This document shows, in pieces, positions 20,647 through 31,249 of a stretch of 60,537 nucleotides of DNA (the stretch's first letter is position 1; the number at the start of each line of letters is the position of its first letter). Location: assembly GCF_003334255.1 (NCBI RefSeq), contig NZ_QOWU01000027.1. The stretch is one strand, 5' to 3'. Under the pieces are notes generated by a model, which did not search any database, was not told where the DNA came from, and saw only the letters and a program-made list of their open reading frames with translations. Source of the DNA: Escherichia coli (GTDB lineage Bacteria > Pseudomonadota > Gammaproteobacteria > Enterobacterales > Enterobacteriaceae). The translations under genes were made by a program, and so were the position numbers.

Positions 20647-21564
20647 TTACTTCGTCCACCCTTTTTGTTTCAGGTAGTCGGCAGCCACTTTTTTGGCATC
20701 CAGTCCTTCCACAGCAATGCTGGCATTCAGTTGCTGCAATGTTTTTGCATCGAGGCTGGCGAAGACTGGCTGTAGCCACTGTGCCATTTGCGGATACTCC
20801 CTCAACACCGACTCACGCACCACTGGTGCAGGCGCGTAGATAGGTTGCACACCTTGCGGATCGCTTAAGGTTTGCAGCCCCAGCGCCGCTACCGGGCCGT
20901 CAGTGCCGTAAGCCATTGCAGCATTAACGCCAGAGGTTTGCTGGGCAGCGGCTTTGATCGTCACCGCCGTGTCGCCACCAGCCAGTGACAGCAACTGATC
21001 CTGACCGAGCTTAAAGCCATAGGCTTTTTCAAACGCGGGTAACGCATCGGCGCGTTCGATAAACTCTGCCGAGGCTGCCAGTTTGAAGGTGCCGCCCTCT
21101 TGCAGATAACGACCCAGGTCGGCAAGCGAAGTGAGTTTATTTTTCTCTGCCACATCCTGACGCACGGCGATAGTCCAGGTGTTATTTGCAGGCGCGGGCG
21201 TCAGCCAGATTAACTTGTTGTGCTCCGAATCGAGCTTTTTGACTTTCTCGTAACCTTGCTGCGCGTTTTTCCACGCTGCATCGTTTTCATCTTTAAAGAA
21301 GAAAGCGCCATTGCCGGTATATTCCGGATAGATATCCAGTTCACCGGAAGTAATCGCCCCGCGCACCACAGGAGTCGTTCCGAGTTGCACTTTATTCACC
21401 GTCGGTACGCCGTGGCTTTCCAGCACCTGCAAAATGATATTGCCGAGTAGCGCACCTTCGGTATCGATTTTTGAACCGACTTTAACGGGGGAAGCCGCCT
21501 GTAGCGGCAGGCTCACGGCTGCCAACATAACCAGTGAACCTGCCCAGAGCTTTAAGAGTGGCAT
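20647..21564 (-). CDS. osmF: OsmF (YehZ), periplasmic glycine betaine/osmoprotectant-binding protein (305 aa)
   Basis: ORF 20647..21564 (-); N-terminal signal peptide; first gene of the four-gene transporter operon. Confidence 0.92.
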   Translation of the reverse strand: MPLLKLWAGSLVMLAAVSLPLQAASPVKVGSKIDTEGALLGNIILQVLESHGVPTVNKVQLGTTPVVRGAITSGELDIYPEYTGNGAFFFKDENDAAWKNAQQGYEKVKKLDSEHNKLIWLTPAPANNTWTIAVRQDVAEKNKLTSLADLGRYLQEGGTFKLAASAEFIERADALPAFEKAYGFKLGQDQLLSLAGGDTAVTIKAAAQQTSGVNAAMAYGTDGPVAALGLQTLSDPQGVQPIYAPAPVVRESVLREYPQMAQWLQPVFASLDAKTLQQLNASIAVEGLDAKKVAADYLKQKGWTK

Positions 21565-21699
21565 GATGCTTTCCTCATTCTTTTACTGTTGTTTTCAGCG
21601 AATTAAGAGAAAAGCATAGTTGATAATGGCGGGGTTAGCTTGAGCGGAAGGATTCAGTTGCAGAATCAGATAAATACTTAAGAGGCATATTCGGTCCGG

Positions 21700-21770
21700 C
21701 GTTTCCTGCCGGATGCGGCGCGAGCGCCTTATCCGGCCTACAAAGGGCGCAAACGTCGCGCCCTTACTAA
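21700..21770. repeat. REP (repetitive extragenic palindromic) element
   Basis: GCCGGATGCGGCG...GCCTTATCCGGCCTACAAA consensus-like palindrome between osmF and bglX. Confidence 0.85.
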
Positions 21771-21774
21771 AGCA

Positions 21775-24072
21775 TTACAGCAACTCAAACTCGCCTTTCT
21801 TAACGCGTGCGGAATCAGTGCCGATAAAGACATTGAACTTGCCAGGCTCGGCGTCATATTTCATCTGTTGATTCCAGAACTTCAGCGCCTCAATATCGAT
21901 CGGGAAGCTGACAGTCTGAGTTTCGCCCGGTTTCAGGGTGATTTTCTCAAAGCCTTTCAGCTGTTTCACAGGGCGACTCATGGAAGCCGTCACATCCTGC
22001 AAGTACATCTGCACTACCGTGGCACCCTCGCGCTTACCGGTGTTCGTCACCTGCACGCTGGCAGTCACTTTGCCGTCACGCTTCATGGTCGGCGCAGAAA
22101 GTTTCACATCAGAGACGGTGAAAGTGGTGTAGCTCAGCCCATAGCCGAACGGATACAACGCCCCGTTAGCTTCATCAAAATAACGCGAAGTGTATTTGTT
22201 CGGCTTGTCGGCATTATACGGGCGACCGGTATTCAGATGGCTGTAGTACACCGGGATCTGCCCGACAGAACGCGGGAAGGACATTGGCAGCTTGCCGGAC
22301 GGGTTGTAATCGCCAAACAATACATCGGCAATTGCATTACCGCCTTCAGTCCCCGCAAACCAGGTTTCCAGAATCGCATCAGCCTGCTGATCTTCTTTCA
22401 CCAGCGCCAGCGGACGCCCGTTCATCAGCACCAGCACCAGCGGTTTACCGGTGGCTTTCAGCGCCGCAATCAAGTCACGTTGGCTTTGCGGAATAGTGAT
22501 ATCGGTCCGGCTGGAGGCTTCGTGCGCCATCCCCTGTGCTTCACCGACTACAGCCACCACCACATCAGATTGTTTCGCCGTCTGCACCGCTTCATCAATC
22601 ATCTCTTGCGGCGAACGCGGATCGACTTTGACCGCTTCTTCATACTGATTCAGGAAATCGATAATGCCTTTGTCACTGGTAACGTTCGCCCCTTTGGCAT
22701 ACAGCACTTTACCGTTTTCACCGACGGCATTTTTAATCCCGGTCAGTACGGTCACGGATTGATCGGCAACACCGGCTGCGGACCAGCTGCCCATCACGTC
22801 ACGTTTACTGTCCGCCAGTGGCCCAACCACCGCAATGGTGGCCGATTTTTTCAGCGGTAACGTTTCGAGACGGTTTTTCAGCAACACCAAGCTTTCGCGC
22901 GCCACTTCACGCGCTTCTTTACGGTGCAGGCGGCTTTCGGCATTGGTATCCACCGGGTCAGACTCTTTCGGCCCCAAATGGCTGTATGGGTCGTTAAACA
23001 ACCCCATATCATATTTAACGTTCAGTACATGGCGGGCAGCATCGTCCAGCTCTGCCATCGTCACTTTGCCGGATTTAATCAACCCAGGCAGATACTTCGA
23101 GTAGTACTCGTCGCTCATGCTCATGTTGATTCCGGATTTCAGCGCCACGCGCACCGCATCTTCCGGGTCTGCCGCCGTGCCATGTTTAATCAGCTCTTTG
23201 ATTGCACCGTGATCGGAAACGGTGATGCCTTTAAAGCCCCACTGGTCGCGCAGAACATCTTTCAGCAGCCAGGAATCGGAGGTGGCTGGCGTGCCGTTCA
23301 GCGAGTTCAGCGCCACCATCACCGCGCCGCTGCCTGCGTCCAGCCCCGCTTTGTACGGCGGCATATAATCATTAAACAGGCGCTGCGGACTCATATCGAC
23401 GGTGTTGTACTCTTTACCGCCTTCTACCGCGCCGTATGCGGCAAAGTGTTTGACGCTGGTCATCACCGAGTAGCGATCTGCCGGGCTTTTACCCTGCATC
23501 GCTTCCACCATGGTTTTACCCATTGTTGAGGTGAGATACGTATCTTCGCCAAAACCTTCGGAAGCACGTCCCCAGCGCGGATCGCGCGAGACATCGACCA
23601 TCGGTGCCCAGGTCATATTCAGGCCATCATCTGCCGCTTCATAAGCAGAGACACGTCCGACCGTTTTCACTGCATCGAGGTTAAAAGACGAGGCCAGACC
23701 GAGGCTAATCGGGAACACCGTGCGCTGACCGTGCAGCACGTCGTAAGCAAAGAAAAGAGGAATTTTCAGGCGGCTTAATTCCATCACCTGATCCTGCATG
23801 GCGCGGATATCCTGACGGGTTACGGTGTTGAAAATCGCCCCAACCTGACCGTCTTTGATCATCTCGCGGATCGCCTCTTTCGGGTTATCCGGGCCGACGC
23901 TGATTAAGCGCAGCTGACCAATTTTCTCATCAACTGTCATTTTCTTAAGCAGTTCGGTGACGAACGCATCCCGCGCTTCGGGCGTTAATGGATGGTTGCC
24001 GAATAAATCATCCGCCAGTGCTGGCTGCAGGGCCAGACTCACCGCGATTCCTACTGAACATAGCCATTTCAT
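21775..24072 (-). CDS. bglX: BglX, periplasmic beta-glucosidase, glycoside hydrolase family 3 (765 aa)
   Basis: ORF track 21775..24144 (-); start trimmed to ATG at 24072 (MKWLCSVGIAVSLALQPALA signal peptide). Confidence 0.92.
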   Translation of the reverse strand: MKWLCSVGIAVSLALQPALADDLFGNHPLTPEARDAFVTELLKKMTVDEKIGQLRLISVGPDNPKEAIREMIKDGQVGAIFNTVTRQDIRAMQDQVMELSRLKIPLFFAYDVLHGQRTVFPISLGLASSFNLDAVKTVGRVSAYEAADDGLNMTWAPMVDVSRDPRWGRASEGFGEDTYLTSTMGKTMVEAMQGKSPADRYSVMTSVKHFAAYGAVEGGKEYNTVDMSPQRLFNDYMPPYKAGLDAGSGAVMVALNSLNGTPATSDSWLLKDVLRDQWGFKGITVSDHGAIKELIKHGTAADPEDAVRVALKSGINMSMSDEYYSKYLPGLIKSGKVTMAELDDAARHVLNVKYDMGLFNDPYSHLGPKESDPVDTNAESRLHRKEAREVARESLVLLKNRLETLPLKKSATIAVVGPLADSKRDVMGSWSAAGVADQSVTVLTGIKNAVGENGKVLYAKGANVTSDKGIIDFLNQYEEAVKVDPRSPQEMIDEAVQTAKQSDVVVAVVGEAQGMAHEASSRTDITIPQSQRDLIAALKATGKPLVLVLMNGRPLALVKEDQQADAILETWFAGTEGGNAIADVLFGDYNPSGKLPMSFPRSVGQIPVYYSHLNTGRPYNADKPNKYTSRYFDEANGALYPFGYGLSYTTFTVSDVKLSAPTMKRDGKVTASVQVTNTGKREGATVVQMYLQDVTASMSRPVKQLKGFEKITLKPGETQTVSFPIDIEALKFWNQQMKYDAEPGKFNVFIGTDSARVKKGEFELL

Positions 24073-24267
24073 ATGGATTTTTCTTCCTTTGTTGCCCGAC
24101 GTGGCAGCGAAAATGGTGCAAAAACCGTAGTTTGCCATAAGCATGATGGAGAGAGAAAAAGAATGCTCAGTTTATTGTCTGAATTTTCAAAATATTCACT
24201 CGCTGAATTGTTATACAAGGCGCTATTCTAGTTTGTGATATTTTTTCGCCACCACAAGGAGTGGAAA

Positions 24268-25983
24268 ATGTCTTCCATGACAACAACTGATAATAAAGCC
24301 TTTTTGAATGAACTTGCTCGTCTGGTGGGTTCTTCACACCTGCTCACCGATCCCGCAAAAACGGCCCGCTATCGCAAGGGCTTCCGTTCTGGTCAGGGCG
24401 ACGCGCTGGCTGTCGTTTTCCCTGGCTCACTACTAGAATTGTGGCGGGTGCTGAAAGCCTGCGTCACCGCCGACAAAATTATTCTGATGCAGGCCGCCAA
24501 TACAGGCCTGACCGAAGGATCGACGCCAAACGGTAACGATTATGATCGCGATGTCGTTATCATCAGCACCCTGCGTCTCGACAAGCTGCACGTTCTTGGC
24601 AAGGGCGAACAGGTGCTGGCCTATCCGGGCACCACGCTCTATTCGCTGGAAAAAGCCCTCAAACCGCTGGGACGCGAACCGCACTCAGTGATTGGATCAT
24701 CGTGTATAGGCGCATCGGTCATCGGCGGTATTTGTAACAACTCCGGCGGCTCGCTGGTGCAACGTGGCCCGGCGTATACCGAAATGTCGTTATTCGCGCG
24801 TATAAATGAAGACGGCAAACTGACGCTGGTGAACCATCTGGGGATTGATCTGGGCGAAACGCCGGAGCAGATCCTTAGCAAGCTGGATGATGATCGCATC
24901 AAAGATGACGATGTGCGTCACGATGGTCGTCACGCCCACGATTATGACTATGTCCACCGCGTTCGTGATATTGAAGCCGACACGCCCGCACGTTATAACG
25001 CCGATCCTGATCGGTTATTTGAATCTTCTGGTTGCGCCGGGAAGCTGGCGGTCTTTGCAGTACGTCTTGATACCTTCGAAGCGGAAAAAAATCAGCAGGT
25101 GTTTTATATCGGCACCAACCAGCCGGAAGTGCTGACCGAAATCCGCCGTCATATTCTGGCTAACTTCGAAAATCTGCCGGTTGCCGGGGAATATATGCAC
25201 CGGGATATCTACGATATTGCGGAAAAATACGGCAAAGACACCTTCCTGATGATTGATAAGTTAGGCACCGACAAGATGCCGTTCTTCTTTAATCTCAAGG
25301 GACGCACCGATGCGATGCTGGAGAAAGTGAAATTCTTCCGTCCGCATTTTACTGACCGTGCGATGCAAAAATTCGGTCACCTGTTCCCCAGCCATTTACC
25401 GCCGCGCATGAAAAACTGGCGCGATAAATACGAGCATCATCTGCTGTTAAAAATGGCGGGCGATGGCGTGGGCGAAGCCAAATCGTGGCTGGTGGATTAT
25501 TTCAAACAGGCCGAAGGCGATTTCTTTGTCTGTACGCCGGAGGAAGGCAGCAAAGCGTTTTTACACCGTTTCGCCGCTGCGGGCGCAGCAATTCGTTATC
25601 AGGCGGTGCATTCCGATGAAGTCGAAGACATTCTGGCGTTGGATATCGCTCTGCGGCGTAACGACACCGAGTGGTATGAGCATTTACCGCCGGAGATCGA
25701 CAGCCAGCTGGTGCACAAGCTCTATTACGGCCATTTTATGTGCTATGTCTTCCATCAGGATTACATAGTGAAAAAAGGCGTGGATGTGCATGCGTTAAAA
25801 GAACAGATGCTGGAACTGCTACAGCAGCGCGGCGCGCAGTACCCTGCCGAGCATAACGTCGGTCATTTGTATAAAGCACCGGAGACGTTGCAGAAGTTCT
25901 ATCGCGAGAACGATCCGACCAACAGCATGAATCCGGGGATCGGTAAAACCAGTAAACGGAAAAACTGGCAGGAAGTGGAGTAA
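24268..25983 (+). CDS. dld: Dld, FAD-dependent D-lactate dehydrogenase (571 aa)
   Basis: ORF track 24235..25983; start ATG 24268 with AAGGAG SD at 24257-24262. Confidence 0.92.
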   Translation: MSSMTTTDNKAFLNELARLVGSSHLLTDPAKTARYRKGFRSGQGDALAVVFPGSLLELWRVLKACVTADKIILMQAANTGLTEGSTPNGNDYDRDVVIISTLRLDKLHVLGKGEQVLAYPGTTLYSLEKALKPLGREPHSVIGSSCIGASVIGGICNNSGGSLVQRGPAYTEMSLFARINEDGKLTLVNHLGIDLGETPEQILSKLDDDRIKDDDVRHDGRHAHDYDYVHRVRDIEADTPARYNADPDRLFESSGCAGKLAVFAVRLDTFEAEKNQQVFYIGTNQPEVLTEIRRHILANFENLPVAGEYMHRDIYDIAEKYGKDTFLMIDKLGTDKMPFFFNLKGRTDAMLEKVKFFRPHFTDRAMQKFGHLFPSHLPPRMKNWRDKYEHHLLLKMAGDGVGEAKSWLVDYFKQAEGDFFVCTPEEGSKAFLHRFAAAGAAIRYQAVHSDEVEDILALDIALRRNDTEWYEHLPPEIDSQLVHKLYYGHFMCYVFHQDYIVKKGVDVHALKEQMLELLQQRGAQYPAEHNVGHLYKAPETLQKFYRENDPTNSMNPGIGKTSKRKNWQEVE

Positions 25984-25989
25984 AAATTA

Positions 25990-26014
25990 CGGATGGCAGA
26001 GTATCGCCATCCGA
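25990..26014. terminator. Bidirectional hairpin between convergent dld and pbpG
   Basis: CGGATGGC-AGAGTATC-GCCATCCG, 8-bp perfect stem. Confidence 0.6.
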
Positions 26015-26020
26015 ATTCAC

Positions 26021-26953
26021 TTAATCGTTCTGTGCCGTCTGCCCCGCCGCCGCCATTTGGGCGGCTTTTTGTTTTTTATAGCTCAACGCTGCTGCCGGCA
26101 CAGGCATCACTTTACCGGTTTCAATCCAGGTACGCAGGCGGCTGGCATCGGCAAAATGGGTATATTTGCCAAACGCGTCCATCACTACCAGCGCCACCGG
26201 TTTATTATTGATAACCGTACGCATCACCAGACAATGGCCCGCCGCATTGGTAAAGCCGGTTTTGGTTAACTGAATATTCCAGTTATCGCGATACACCAGA
26301 TGATTAGTATTGCGGAACGGCAGCGTATACGTCGGATTAGAGAAGGTTGCCATATCTTCCCGGGTAGTACTTAACTGCCCGATCAACGGATATTGTTTGC
26401 TGGCAATGAGCAGTTTGGTTAAGTCACGGGCAGTTGAAACGTTATGCACCGACAATCCGGTAGGTTCAACAAAGCGCGTGTTGTTCATTCCGAGCGATTT
26501 CGCTTTCGCATTCATTGCCTTAATAAAGGCTTTGTAACCACCGGGATAATGGTGCGCAAGGCTTGCCGCCGCGCGGTTTTCTGAAGACATCAGCGCCAGC
26601 AACAGCATATCTTTACGGCTGATTTCGCTATTCAGTCGTACGCGCGAATAGACCCCTTTCATCTCCGGCGTCTGGCTGATATCCACTTTTAGTTTTTCAT
26701 CCAGCGGCAGTCGTGCATCCAGCACAACCATCGCGGTCATTAATTTGCTGATAGACGCAATCGGACGCACCAGATCCGGGTGGTTCGAATAGATCACTTT
26801 GTTGGTATTCAGATCAACAATCATCGCGCTACCGGAGGCAATTTCCGGTTGTGAAGCGGTGGTAGCGGCTGCCGTTTTCGCAACGGCCTGCGGTGCAAAA
26901 GGCACAGCCAGCATCAGGGCCAGGCTAAATAAAGAAACTCGAAATTTCGGCAT
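26021..26953 (-). CDS. pbpG: PbpG (PBP7), D-alanyl-D-alanine endopeptidase (310 aa)
   Basis: ORF track 26021..26962 (-); signal peptide; SxxK active-site motif (SISKLMT). Confidence 0.92.
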
Positions 26954-27126
26954 GATGAGCATTCAGATAGTGGTTCACGCGCACGGGTTGCGCACCGCCG
27001 GAGTAAGGATTTACTGAGGCTAGCGACGCCATCATAACGAGCAAAAAGTGCGATCGTCAAAGGAGAATCGTGAGGAAATGCTGCATTGCTGACATTTACG
27101 CCAGCAATGCAACGTCAAAGAACTTT

Positions 27127-27714
27127 CTAGAACAAACGATAACCGTAGCCCCATAGTATAACGGTTAGGGCGAGCAGCACTTCCAGTACCAGCACGCCAA
27201 TCGCCAGCGTCGAACTAGAGAAGCTAAGGCCTTCCTCTTTGTTGATATTCAGGAAGCTCGGAATACCAAGGTAAAGCAGGTAGCCGGTGTAAAACAGCGC
27301 CACCGTGCCGACCAGCGCACACAACCAGACCAGTGGATAAAGCGCCACCAGACCGCTTAAAAACAGCGGAGTTGCAACGTAGCCCGCGAAGACCATGCAG
27401 TGCGCAAGTGACGGACGCTGCGGATAATTACGCGCCATCCACCAGATGACCCGCCCCATCACCGCGACCCCAGCCAGCATAACGCCGTAAAACAAGACAG
27501 CCAGCGCCAGTCCGGTAAACCAGGATAACTTCAGGATAGTGCCATCGCCAAAATTCCAGCCAATCTGTGTAGTGCCAATGAAGGCGCAAATCACCGGAAT
27601 CGCCGCCATCAGCAAAACGTGGTGGGTGTAATGGTGAGAAATCGTTTCGTTTTCGCGATTAATCACCTGCATTTCACGATCGGGATGGGAAAACAGTCCC
27701 CAGACATGGCTCAT
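27127..27714 (-). CDS. yohC: YohC, Yip1-family inner membrane protein (195 aa)
   Basis: ORF track 27127..27738 (-); start trimmed to ATG 27714 (MSHVWGLF). Confidence 0.88.
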   Translation of the reverse strand: MSHVWGLFSHPDREMQVINRENETISHHYTHHVLLMAAIPVICAFIGTTQIGWNFGDGTILKLSWFTGLALAVLFYGVMLAGVAVMGRVIWWMARNYPQRPSLAHCMVFAGYVATPLFLSGLVALYPLVWLCALVGTVALFYTGYLLYLGIPSFLNINKEEGLSFSSSTLAIGVLVLEVLLALTVILWGYGYRLF

Positions 27715-27883
27715 ACCGCCCCCTTGTTGTGAGTTCATGAACCTGACAGTTCAAGTATAAGTCAGCTTGTGATTATTTTTTGTTCGCCCATGTAATTTTC
27801 ACTGTCTGATGAACGTCCTTTTTCAGCGTGAATGATTCACAGGGTGTATGCTTACTGGCAACCAAAGGGAGACAGACTGGCCT

Positions 27884-28462
27884 ATGGATCTCAATACACT
27901 TATCTCACAATATGGTTATGCCGCGCTGGTGATCGGTAGCCTGGCGGAAGGTGAAACCGTGACTTTGCTGGGAGGCGTTGCGGCGCATCAGGGGCTATTA
28001 AAGTTCCCGCTGGTGGTACTTTCTGTGGCGCTTGGCGGCATGATTGGCGACCAGGTGCTCTATCTGTGCGGGCGGCGGTTTGGCGGCAAGCTGTTACGCC
28101 GTTTCTCGAAACATCAGGATAAAATTGAGCGGGCGCAGAAACTTATCCAACGCCATCCGTATCTGTTTGTCATTGGTACGCGCTTTATGTATGGCTTTCG
28201 GGTGATTGGCCCGACGCTGATTGGTGCCAGCCAGCTGCCGCCGAAAATCTTTCTGCCGCTGAATATTCTCGGCGCATTTGCCTGGGCGTTGATTTTTACC
28301 ACTATTGGTTACGCTGGTGGTCAGGTGATTGCGCCGTGGTTGCACAATCTCGACCAGCATTTGAAGCACTGGGTCTGGTTGATTCTGGTCGTGGTTCTGG
28401 TGGTGGGCGTGCGCTGGTGGCTGAAACGACGCGGGAAGAAAAAGCCGGATCATCAGGCGTAA
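27884..28462 (+). CDS. yohD: YohD, DedA-family inner membrane protein (192 aa)
   Basis: ORF track 27848..28462; start ATG 27884 (MDLNTLISQYGY). Confidence 0.88.
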   Translation: MDLNTLISQYGYAALVIGSLAEGETVTLLGGVAAHQGLLKFPLVVLSVALGGMIGDQVLYLCGRRFGGKLLRRFSKHQDKIERAQKLIQRHPYLFVIGTRFMYGFRVIGPTLIGASQLPPKIFLPLNILGAFAWALIFTTIGYAGGQVIAPWLHNLDQHLKHWVWLILVVVLVVGVRWWLKRRGKKKPDHQA

Positions 28463-28471
28463 AACCATTGC

Positions 28472-28508
28472 CCTGGATAAGGCGTTCGCGCCGCATCCGA
28501 CATCCGGA
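28472..28508. repeat. REP element
   Basis: CCCTGGATAAGGCGTTCGCGCCGCATCCGACATCCGG between convergent yohD and yohF. Confidence 0.8.
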
Positions 28509-28591
28509 GTACCATGCCTGATACGACGCTTGTGCGTCTTTTCATGCCGACCAAAATATTACCCAATGAAATATCCACGCACCTCACTGCG

Positions 28592-29353
28592 CTATTCTGG
28601 GTTGAACTGTGGATTCGCCAACATAAAGCCGCCATCCACTATCAACGACTGCCCGGTGGTGTAATTTGCGCCCTCCGAACAAAGCCACACCACCAGGCTG
28701 GCAATCTCATGCGTTGCGCCAAAACGCCGCAAGGGAATCGAAGGCTCCGCGTCGGGCTTCACGTCGCTGTCATCCATGCCATTCATTGGCGTGGCGATCG
28801 CCCCAGGCGCGACTGCGTTCACCAAAATCTTATGCCTGACCAGCTCCAGCGCCATCGCTTTGGTTAACCCACCGAGCGCATGTTTAGCGGCTGTGTAGGC
28901 GCTGGCATCCGGCAGCGGCGTATGTTCATGTACCGACGTAATGTTGATGATGCGACCGCCCTGCCCTTGTTTCACCATCTGACGAGCCGCAATTTGCGAG
29001 CATAAGAATGCACCATCGACATCAACGGTAAAAATCTTGCGCCACTCATCAAAAGCCATATCAAGAAACGGCGCTTTGGTCATTGCACCCGCATTATTCA
29101 CCAGCACATCAATGCGCCCCAGCCGTTGAATGAGTTTCTCCAGCGCCAGTGCCCCTTCTGGTAGATTGCCGAGATCCAGCTGCACGATCTCCGCACGTAC
29201 GCCGTGGCTAACTACCTCACGCGCGGTATCTTTTGCCCCTTCTTCATCTGAGTGCCAGGTAATACCAATATCAAACCCCTGCTGCGCCAGTAATAACGCG
29301 CACTCTTTGCCGATCCCCGAATCGGAGGCGGTAATAATCGCAACCTGTGCCAT
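28592..29353 (-). CDS. yohF: YohF, short-chain dehydrogenase/reductase (253 aa)
   Basis: ORF track 28592..29365 (-); NAD(P)-binding TASDSGIG motif. Confidence 0.9.
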   Translation of the reverse strand: MAQVAIITASDSGIGKECALLLAQQGFDIGITWHSDEEGAKDTAREVVSHGVRAEIVQLDLGNLPEGALALEKLIQRLGRIDVLVNNAGAMTKAPFLDMAFDEWRKIFTVDVDGAFLCSQIAARQMVKQGQGGRIINITSVHEHTPLPDASAYTAAKHALGGLTKAMALELVRHKILVNAVAPGAIATPMNGMDDSDVKPDAEPSIPLRRFGATHEIASLVVWLCSEGANYTTGQSLIVDGGFMLANPQFNPE

Positions 29354-29405
29354 CGAGTTCTCCACTTAACGCTGAATAAACGTTAAGTATAGAAGGCGCA
29401 TATCA

Positions 29406-30842
29406 TCAGCGTTTGTAACCCCCGCCCAACGCACCAGTGAGTTGAATGGAGGCATCCAGCCACTGCCCTTGCAATAACAGGCCATTGGCCCGCTCACGCA
29501 GCGCGGGGATTCTGGCTTCGCTGACGCGGGAACCAGCAATGATGCCCGCGTTAAAGCGCGCCTGCGCAAGACCTACCACACGCAAGGCATCGCGCTCAAT
29601 TTGCGCCTGATGCTGGTTTTTCTCCGCCAGTGTCTGAACCTGACTGGCTGCCCGCGCCACGTCATTCACCGCTTCAACCACCGCTTTGTTGTAGCTGGCG
29701 ATAGACAAGTTGCTTTCGGCTTTTGCGATATCGAGATTGGCGTTAAGACGACCACTATCGAAAATGGGTAGCGTCAGGCCTGCCGTAACGCCCATTTGCT
29801 GCGCGGAATGACGGAACAGATCGCTTAAGTGCAACGCATCCTGTTGCAGGAAGGCCATCAGGTTGATGTCAGGATAAAATGCCGCTTTTGCCGCATCAAT
29901 GGTGCTTAGCGATGACTCAACGTACCAGTGCGCCGCCTGCAAATCTGCCCGCCGGGCCAGTAAGGAGTACCCCAGTTCATCAGGAAGCTGGCTTGCCACT
30001 TTCGGCAACGCGACCGGTTTAAGCTTCAATGACTTTGTCTGGTTATTTGTAAGTGCGCTTAACCGTGCCTCAATAATTTTCATTTTCCCCGCGACATCGT
30101 TGAGCTGCTGCCGGGTTTTGCTGGCATTAATATCGGTTTCCACACCTTCAACTGAAGAAGTAATCCCGTTCTGATATAGCTGGCGATCGGTCGCGATAAT
30201 GGTGTTCTGCTCTTTTTCTATTTGCTGCAAGACCGTGTTTAACGCCGCCTGGGTTTGCCACTCCCAGTACAGGCGGGCTACGCTGCCAGCCAGCAATTGG
30301 CGGGTTTGCTCGCGTTCCGCCGCCCGTGCTTTAACCGTACCCAGGCGGGCAGTAACCTCCGCCCGATTCTTTCCCCAGATATCGAGATGCCAGCCCGCCG
30401 TTAAGCCAAAAGTACCGTTGGTGTACCACGGGCCGGTCGTACCTGCGGCCGGATCGTTCAGAGCAAACGGCCCCATTAAGCCTTCTGCCGACATTTTTTG
30501 CCGCTCCATATCCGCCGAAAAGTCGATCTGCGGACCATCCTGAGTGGCAACTGCCTTCGCCTGGGCTTCAGCTAGCTGAATGCGCTGTTCAGCCACCTGC
30601 ATATCCGGTGCGTTCTGTAGTGCATTGTTAATTAAGGAAGTGAGTTGATTATCGTGATACTCCAGCCACCATTGGCTGTCTGGCCAACCATTTTTCAGCG
30701 CCGTGGGTAATGCGGTGTCAACTTGTGCAGCGGGCGTTTGCTGGCTTAACGCCTGGCGGGTTTCATGCATAGGCGCACACCCGGCCAGCATCAGTAACAG
30801 CGGAAAACAGGCGATGGCTGGATAAAAGGAATCACGATTCAT
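29406..30842 (-). CDS. mdtQ: MdtQ, OprM/TolC-type outer-membrane efflux lipoprotein; reads as an intact 478-aa frame here
   Basis: ORF track 29406..30932 (-) is one uninterrupted frame; start trimmed to ATG 30842 (MNRDSFYPAIACFPLLLMLAGC, lipobox). Confidence 0.85.
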   Translation of the reverse strand: MNRDSFYPAIACFPLLLMLAGCAPMHETRQALSQQTPAAQVDTALPTALKNGWPDSQWWLEYHDNQLTSLINNALQNAPDMQVAEQRIQLAEAQAKAVATQDGPQIDFSADMERQKMSAEGLMGPFALNDPAAGTTGPWYTNGTFGLTAGWHLDIWGKNRAEVTARLGTVKARAAEREQTRQLLAGSVARLYWEWQTQAALNTVLQQIEKEQNTIIATDRQLYQNGITSSVEGVETDINASKTRQQLNDVAGKMKIIEARLSALTNNQTKSLKLKPVALPKVASQLPDELGYSLLARRADLQAAHWYVESSLSTIDAAKAAFYPDINLMAFLQQDALHLSDLFRHSAQQMGVTAGLTLPIFDSGRLNANLDIAKAESNLSIASYNKAVVEAVNDVARAASQVQTLAEKNQHQAQIERDALRVVGLAQARFNAGIIAGSRVSEARIPALRERANGLLLQGQWLDASIQLTGALGGGYKR

Positions 30843-31065
30843 GGGGGAATAATCAGGTAAGAAAAGGTGCGCGGAGATTACCGTGTGTTGCGATATATTT
30901 TTTAGTTTCGCGTGGCAATACATCAGTGGCAATAAAACGACATATCCAGAAAAATATACACTAAGTGAATGATATCTTCCGATTTATCTTAATCGTTTAT
31001 GGATAACGGCAAAGGGCTTCGTTTTTTCCTATACTTATTCAGCACTCACAAATAAAGGAACGCCA

Positions 31066-31149
31066 ATGAAAATTATACTCTGGGCTGTATTGATTATTTT
31101 CCTGATTGGGCTACTGGTGGTGACTGGCGTATTTAAGATGATATTTTAA
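31066..31149 (+). CDS. yohP: YohP, small membrane protein (27 aa)
   Basis: Not in the ORF track. Manual translation gives MKIILWAVLIIFLIGLLVVTGVFKMIF, with AAGGAA SD upstream and TAA at 31147-31149. Confidence 0.8.
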   Translation: MKIILWAVLIIFLIGLLVVTGVFKMIF

Positions 31150-31249
31150 AATTAATTAATGTCATCAGGTCCGAAAATAACGAGAATATTTCAGTCTCTC
31201 ATCCTGTTGCGCTCCTGTCATGTGCATTGCTTCATATAATCACTGGCGC

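Noticed and set aside
21868-22860. 330-aa ORF on the + strand
   Set aside because: Lies entirely antisense within bglX; composition is Arg/His/Phe-rich with no recognisable domain. Typical shadow ORF of a high-GC coding region.
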